Notes under the pieces: generated by a model | Database searches by the model: none | What the model was told of the DNA's origin: nothing | The model's input: the letters and a program-made list of their open reading frames with translations, nothing else | Position numbers and translations under genes: made by a program | Source of the DNA: Euryarchaeota archaeon UBA486 | GTDB lineage: Archaea; Thermoplasmatota; Poseidoniia; Poseidoniales; Poseidoniaceae | Direction: 5' to 3' | NCBI GenBank assembly: GCA_002497765.1 | Contig: DAET01000046.1 | Span: 88,988 to 152,987 of the forward strand | DNA: 64,000 nt | Shown: positions 58,726-64,000 of the stretch, in pieces | How the letters are laid out: the number at the start of each line of letters is the position of its first letter | How positions within the stretch are numbered: position 1 is the first letter of the stretch

Positions 58726-59817
58726 ATGTTGATGCGACGCCGATTTGGTTCAATGCTCACAGCGTTGTTGCTGTGTTGCCTCCTCCCGGTTGCCGCTGCG
58801 CAGACACCTACGGCACCTGGCGTTGAAATCGATTGCGATGACAAGCAACCGGAACTTGATGTCCACCCCCTCAACGACCCCGTGGTTGAAATCACCTGCA
58901 CGGTGAAGAACCCCTCCTCGTTTGAGGAAACCATCAGCGTTGAGAAGGAATGGGATGGCCTTGAAGTCGACATGATGCTGGAGGAGGACACCTTCACACT
59001 TGGCCCCGATGAGGAAGAAGACTTCACGGTCACCTTCTCCGGCCAAACCCGCCTTTCTGCTTCACTCTCCTACGACTTCACCCTTTCAGCCACGGTCACC
59101 AACGTCGGCATGTTGGATTGGCCCGAAGCCCTCGCCTCCAATGCCTCCGTGAGCGGCGATCTGAACATCGCCACCTTCGGCATGGTTGATCTCGATGTTT
59201 CGGACAAAAGCACCCGAACCATGGCCGAGGGCGATGAGGTGAAAATCAGCTTCCAGTTCCAGAACAACGGCAACGATGAGGACAAAATTCGAGTGTCCAT
59301 CACCAACGCTGCTGAGTTGGAAGAGGTCGGCTTCTCCTTCCCAGGTGGCACCTTTGTGGCGGAGGACGTGGCAGAGGACGGCGTCTCAACGGTCAGGGAA
59401 TTGTCCGTCCGAGCCCCGTCCGAAATCCTTGAGGACGCTCGCTACCAAGTCACCTTCCAGGCTCAGAGCGAAAACGATGACAAGGCCCCCGTCAGCGAAA
59501 CCAGCATCTCGCTCCAACTCGAAGCCAGCGCTGCAGCCGGTGGCTTGGGTGGTGGCTTGGAGGAAGTGGACAAGGACACCCTCGTCATGTACGGTAGCAT
59601 TGGTGCAGCGGTCTTGTTCGGCTTGATTTTCGTTGTTGCGCTCGCTCGAACGTTGCGTCGTCGTGCCAACGCCCAACCGACCTACGTCCCGCCGGTTGAA
59701 CTTGAGGACGATGAGGTTGATGAGGACGAGGACGGCGAGTTTGATTTCTCTGAACTGGACGATTTGTTCTCCGATGACGAAGAGGATGAGTTCGACGACG
59801 TTTTCGCCGACCTCTGA
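58726..59817 (+). CDS. Secreted two-Ig-domain membrane-anchored protein with an acidic tail
   Basis: Signal peptide, CTVKNP and N.GN..D Ig motifs, TM, RRR, D/E tail. Confidence 0.78.
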   Translation: MLMRRRFGSMLTALLLCCLLPVAAAQTPTAPGVEIDCDDKQPELDVHPLNDPVVEITCTVKNPSSFEETISVEKEWDGLEVDMMLEEDTFTLGPDEEEDFTVTFSGQTRLSASLSYDFTLSATVTNVGMLDWPEALASNASVSGDLNIATFGMVDLDVSDKSTRTMAEGDEVKISFQFQNNGNDEDKIRVSITNAAELEEVGFSFPGGTFVAEDVAEDGVSTVRELSVRAPSEILEDARYQVTFQAQSENDDKAPVSETSISLQLEASAAAGGLGGGLEEVDKDTLVMYGSIGAAVLFGLIFVVALARTLRRRANAQPTYVPPVELEDDEVDEDEDGEFDFSELDDLFSDDEEDEFDDVFADL

Positions 59818-59934
59818 GGGCTAATTTTGGCCGTTCGGCTCAACGCCTCAACTCGGCCGATGTGACACGATTTCATGAGGAACACTCAAAGGCTTGGTGT
59901 AGCGCACTACACCTAATCCCCACGGAGGTTTTTC

Positions 59935-60726
59935 ATGCTCGGTCTAGAAGGGAAAACGGCCTTTGTGTTTGGCGTTGCCAGTGAAGATTCGATCGCTTGG
60001 GCGATTTGCAAGCAGTTGGCTGCTGCTGGGGTCACCCTGTATTTGGGGTACCAGAAGCGATTTATGAGCCGTGTGTTCAAGCTCAAGGACCAACTTCCTG
60101 CCATCGGAGGGTTCTATCCGCTCGACGTTGCATCGGACGCAACGACGCAGGAATTCTTCACGGCCTTTGCTGCCGAACACCCTGGCAAAAAAGCCGACAT
60201 TCTGGTTCACGCCATCGGCTTTGCCCCTCGGGCCTGCTTTGACCGGCCGGTCTTGTTTGTCGAGGACGAGGACATCAACACGGCGATGACCATTTCAGCC
60301 AATTCACTGCAACGGTGCCTCAAGCATGCCCTTCCCTACCTCAATCCGGGTTCGTCCACCATCACGTTGACCTACGCTGCTTCCAATCGCTTTGTCCCCA
60401 GCTACGGCATCATGTCCATGGCCAAGGCTGCCCTCGAGTGCTGGACCCGTGAATTGGCCTGTCATCTCGGCCCAGAAGGCCACCGCGTGAACGCCATCTC
60501 ATCGGGTCCCATTCGGACCATCGCCGCCAGTGGTATTCCTGGATTTGACCGCATCCTCGACCATGTTGAGGCCAATGCGCCGCTGCGAAGAAACGTCAGT
60601 CAGGATGACGTCGCAGGTGCCACGCTCTGGCTCGCCAGCCCCCTCGCCGCCGGTGTCACCGGCCAATGCATCTACGTTGATGCGGGGTATTCGATCACGA
60701 TGGTGCCTGAGAGCATCATGAACTGA
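59935..60726 (+). CDS. fabI: Enoyl-ACP reductase FabI
   Basis: GVA...SIAW.I, H.IGFAP, ISA.S, LTY, Y..M..AKAALE, RVNAIS.GPI.T.A. Confidence 0.92.
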   Translation: MLGLEGKTAFVFGVASEDSIAWAICKQLAAAGVTLYLGYQKRFMSRVFKLKDQLPAIGGFYPLDVASDATTQEFFTAFAAEHPGKKADILVHAIGFAPRACFDRPVLFVEDEDINTAMTISANSLQRCLKHALPYLNPGSSTITLTYAASNRFVPSYGIMSMAKAALECWTRELACHLGPEGHRVNAISSGPIRTIAASGIPGFDRILDHVEANAPLRRNVSQDDVAGATLWLASPLAAGVTGQCIYVDAGYSITMVPESIMN

Positions 60727-60735
60727 GGTGAGACC

Positions 60736-63700
60736 ATGACGTTGACAACCGAAGACGGCAAACCTTGCGAAGGAATTGATCAGGGCCCCTTTGAACCGAT
60801 TGCGGTGATTGGCCTCGGGGCGCTGATGCCCGATGCACATGACATCAATGCCTTTTGGCAGAACATCTTGGACGCCAAGGTCAGCATTCGAACCTTGCCT
60901 GAGGGCCGCTGGCCCGGGCCGGTGGACCATTTTTGGAAAGAAGGTGGACCGGGTGCCCACACCGAGGGGTATTCCTATGCCAAGATCGGAGCGGTGGTCA
61001 GCGATGCGGAGTTTGATTGGCGGCGTTGGCGGCAACCGCCCGGGACGCTTCCACAAATCGACCCGTGCCAACTCTGGGCCGTGACCGTCTCGGCTGACGC
61101 CATTGAGCATGCAGGCTACGATGGTGAAACCAACGACATCGACCGAACCCGAACCGGTGTTGTCTTTGCCAACGCGCTGGGCGGCGAAAACAGGAACTTG
61201 TCCAATCTGCGCGTGTGGTCGCATCACACCGGTGCCGTGGCCAAGGCGCATGGGCTTACAGACGACCAGGTGGAAGCGTTCGCCGAGGCGATGACGGAAG
61301 GGACTCCTCGAATCGATGAAGACACGATGCCCGGAGAACTGGCCAACGTCGTTTCTGGTCGAGTGGCCAACCTGCTCGACTTGCAGGGCCCAAACCACGC
61401 CATGGATGCGGCCTGCGCTTCGTCGATGGCTGCTGTCTTGGATGCGTGCCGTCTTCTCCAAACCCGACAGGTCGACGTCATGCTCGCCGGTGCTTCGGAC
61501 CGGACGATGGACCCGGCCACCTTTGCCAAATTCTCGGCGATCGGTGCACTTTCGCCAACGCACTCCTCGCCGTTCGATGCTCGTGCCAACGGGTTCGTCA
61601 TGGGCGAGGGCGCCGGCGTGCTTGTGCTCAAGCGCCTGAGCGATGCCATCCGGGATAGCGACGAAATCTACAGCGTTATCCGGGGCATTGGCGGCTCGTC
61701 CGACGGACGAGGAAAGGGCATCACGGCGCCCAGTCAGCGAGGCCAAATTCAGGCGATTGCTCGAGCCTACAATCAGGCAGGGTACGATGCCTCCAGCGTG
61801 GAACTCGTGGAAGCCCACGGCACATCCACCAAAGTAGGCGATGCCACGGAACTGTCCACACTCTCTCGGTTGTGGACAGGTGTTGAAGGCGCTGGCAACG
61901 TGGCCGTAGGCTCGATCAAATCCCAAATTGGGCACCTCAAGGCAGCAGCCGGCATCGCTGGCATCATGAAATCGGTCATGGCCTTGCACCACCGAACCAT
62001 CCCTCCCAGTGCGAACTTCGAAACACCCAACCCAACGGTTGATTGGTCCAACATTCCGTTCTTCGTCCCCACCGCTCCTCTCGAATGGCCTCGCCCTTCA
62101 TCGCATCCACGCCGTGCTGGAGTCTCGGCTTTCGGTTTCGGCGGCACGAACTTCCACATCGCTCTGGAAGGCTACGAACCGGACTACCACGCACCCATGG
62201 CGGCGGAGTGGGATGCTCGATGGGCCGCCTACAGTGGCCGGGGGCCTGTTTCTGCCCCGTCCATCTTTGACGGCACCCTTCCAGCCACCATGACCCATGA
62301 TGAACTCAAGGCGGTGGAGGGTGGCGTGCTGCTGTTGTCTGCGCCGTCGCTCGACGCTTTGCAGGCGGCCGTGACCGCCGTTTCCTTCGAAGGGGCGTTG
62401 TTCGATGACGACCCTCGAGGTCGCCGCCTCTCGGAGGCGCTCCAGCAAGCCAGCGCATCGTTCGATCCACAGGCGCCGTTCAGGATGGCCTTGGTGGCGA
62501 CGTCGTGGGCTGAATTTGCCAAGCGGCAAACGCTGGCGGGTCAAGCGATGCTCGATGCAGAGAAGTGGGGCTTTTTGCAAGCCCAAGGCGTACTGATTAC
62601 CGATCAGCCCGCCATGCCGGCCGAAGCGAAAACCGTCCACATGTACCCAGGTCAGGGCAGTCAATACGTCGGCATGACGGCCGATTTGGTTCAACGGTTC
62701 ACCGCACCAGCAGAGGTTTGGCGACAAGCGGATGAGACCATGGTTGAGGTTCTCGGCGGTGAAACGCTCTCCGGATTCGTCCTTCGTTCCTCGTTGACCA
62801 AGGACGAACTCAAGGAAGCAGAGCACAAGCTGAAGCAAACAGAATACACACAACCTGCCATGCTCACGGCGGATTTGGCCATTGAGCGGACGCTTGGCTC
62901 CTTTGGCCACACGCCCGACATGGTTGCCGGTCATTCCCTCGGCGAATACGCTGCCCTGATGTCCTCCGGTATTCTCGACATGGACGGTGCACTTCGTGCT
63001 GCGGCTGCTCGCGGGACGGAGATGGGCGCCGTTGAGATTGATGACAAAGGCCTGATGGCCAGCGTCACCGCTCCGTACGAAGTCGTTGAAGCCGTCCTTG
63101 AGGCGACGGAAGGCTACGTGATTGCAGCCAACAAGAACTCGCCCAAGATGACGGTCATCGCCGGTGAAACAGCGCCGGTCAAGGCAGCGATGGCGAGCTT
63201 TGAGGAGCAGGGCTTCTCCTGCGTGGCCCTGGCCACCTCACATGCGTTCCACTCCAGAATTGTTGCTCCAGCCAACGAACCCCTTCGCCGGTTTTTGGAA
63301 GGTTTGGAGATTCGATGGCCATCGGTCCCCATCACCGCTAACGTTGACGGTGCCTTCTACCCCATGCAAGGGGCTGATTCCAAAGCGGCGATTTTGGAAC
63401 AACTCGCGCCACAAATGGCCTCTTCGGTCGAGTGGACCAAACAGGTTGAAACCATGTACGACGCAGGCGGCCGCGTCTTTGTCGAAGTCGGCCCCAAGCG
63501 TGCGTTGACCATGTTTGCCATGCAGATTCTCGAGGGCAAACCTCACGTCCCCGTGATGACGAACCACCCCAAACAAGGCGGCATTGCAAGCCTGCTGACC
63601 GCCATCGGTGCACTGGCCCTTGCCGGACGCCCACCTGTCTGGCCACCGTTGGATTCGGATGCACTGCAGGACGGGTTCAAAGCCGGCCCGATTGAGGCGC

Positions 63701-64000
63701 GCACTGCTTCCTCACCAACACCTGCGGCTAGCACGGCCGAACTTGAATCACTGCGTGTCCGTGCCCGACCCCTTCCAGGCAGCGGTGCGGCCGCACCGGC
63801 CGTCGCGACCCATGCAGTGGCTGCTGCCACCGTTGTCCAAACCGGTCCGTTGGATTCGGATTATGCACGCGACCGGGCCATTCGTGCCTATGTGGGCGAC
63901 CGCATTGCCGCCTACAGCGGCTATCCGGCTTCCTTCTGCCACGGGCACGTCTCGCTGACCGACGGGCTCGGCCTCTCCCCCCAGCAGGTGCAGAGCGTCG
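60736..64000 (+). CDS. PfaA/HglE-like iterative type I polyketide synthase (KS-AT-ACP-like), 3'-partial
   Basis: Open from ATG 60736 (SD GAGGTGA) to the window end; KS EPIAVIG, DAACASS (Cys codon 61414), EAHGTST, GHLKAAAG, FGFGGTN.H; AT PGQGSQ, GHSLGE (62929), HAFHS (63241); ACP-like GYP at 63919. Confidence 0.95.
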   Translation, partial: MTLTTEDGKPCEGIDQGPFEPIAVIGLGALMPDAHDINAFWQNILDAKVSIRTLPEGRWPGPVDHFWKEGGPGAHTEGYSYAKIGAVVSDAEFDWRRWRQPPGTLPQIDPCQLWAVTVSADAIEHAGYDGETNDIDRTRTGVVFANALGGENRNLSNLRVWSHHTGAVAKAHGLTDDQVEAFAEAMTEGTPRIDEDTMPGELANVVSGRVANLLDLQGPNHAMDAACASSMAAVLDACRLLQTRQVDVMLAGASDRTMDPATFAKFSAIGALSPTHSSPFDARANGFVMGEGAGVLVLKRLSDAIRDSDEIYSVIRGIGGSSDGRGKGITAPSQRGQIQAIARAYNQAGYDASSVELVEAHGTSTKVGDATELSTLSRLWTGVEGAGNVAVGSIKSQIGHLKAAAGIAGIMKSVMALHHRTIPPSANFETPNPTVDWSNIPFFVPTAPLEWPRPSSHPRRAGVSAFGFGGTNFHIALEGYEPDYHAPMAAEWDARWAAYSGRGPVSAPSIFDGTLPATMTHDELKAVEGGVLLLSAPSLDALQAAVTAVSFEGALFDDDPRGRRLSEALQQASASFDPQAPFRMALVATSWAEFAKRQTLAGQAMLDAEKWGFLQAQGVLITDQPAMPAEAKTVHMYPGQGSQYVGMTADLVQRFTAPAEVWRQADETMVEVLGGETLSGFVLRSSLTKDELKEAEHKLKQTEYTQPAMLTADLAIERTLGSFGHTPDMVAGHSLGEYAALMSSGILDMDGALRAAAARGTEMGAVEIDDKGLMASVTAPYEVVEAVLEATEGYVIAANKNSPKMTVIAGETAPVKAAMASFEEQGFSCVALATSHAFHSRIVAPANEPLRRFLEGLEIRWPSVPITANVDGAFYPMQGADSKAAILEQLAPQMASSVEWTKQVETMYDAGGRVFVEVGPKRALTMFAMQILEGKPHVPVMTNHPKQGGIASLLTAIGALALAGRPPVWPPLDSDALQDGFKAGPIEARTASSPTPAASTAELESLRVRARPLPGSGAAAPAVATHAVAAATVVQTGPLDSDYARDRAIRAYVGDRIAAYSGYPASFCHGHVSLTDGLGLSPQQVQSV

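Noticed and set aside
1-64000. CRISPR arrays, IS elements, proviruses, rRNA, recoding events
   Set aside because: No regular repeat-spacer pattern, transposase, integrase, rRNA signature or interrupted conserved gene seen by eye

Overview
This is a gene-dense, GC-rich chromosomal segment from an archaeon. Gene content (Cdc6/Orc1, Alba, Bud32, PPAT-DUF359 fusion, DUF3860, large acidic surface proteins, TATA/SD signals) fits Marine Group II / Poseidoniales; the taxon is an inference. It holds about 60 CDSs, tRNA-Gly(GCC) and an SRP-RNA-like structured element. No CRISPR array, rRNA or transposase was seen. Main points: (1) a bacterial-style lipid/polyketide system, with fabI directly upstream of a PfaA/HglE-like iterative type I PKS (KS-AT-ACP-like, running off the window and missing from the ORF track), plus a reductase/desaturase/biotin carboxylase cluster and a thioesterase upstream; (2) a dispersed Box-like aerobic aryl-CoA epoxidase pathway (BoxB-like diiron protein, half-size BoxC-like crotonase, no BoxA) with a palindromic operator candidate; (3) a candidate replication origin with two ORB-like boxes, one inside a CDS, about 5 kb from cdc6; (4) a cysteine-free Mrp/NBP35 paired with DUF971; (5) a degenerate TBP-fold protein; (6) a type IV pilus locus and a TLESWS voltage-gated Na+ channel. 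All family calls come from motif recognition by eye, without database searches.
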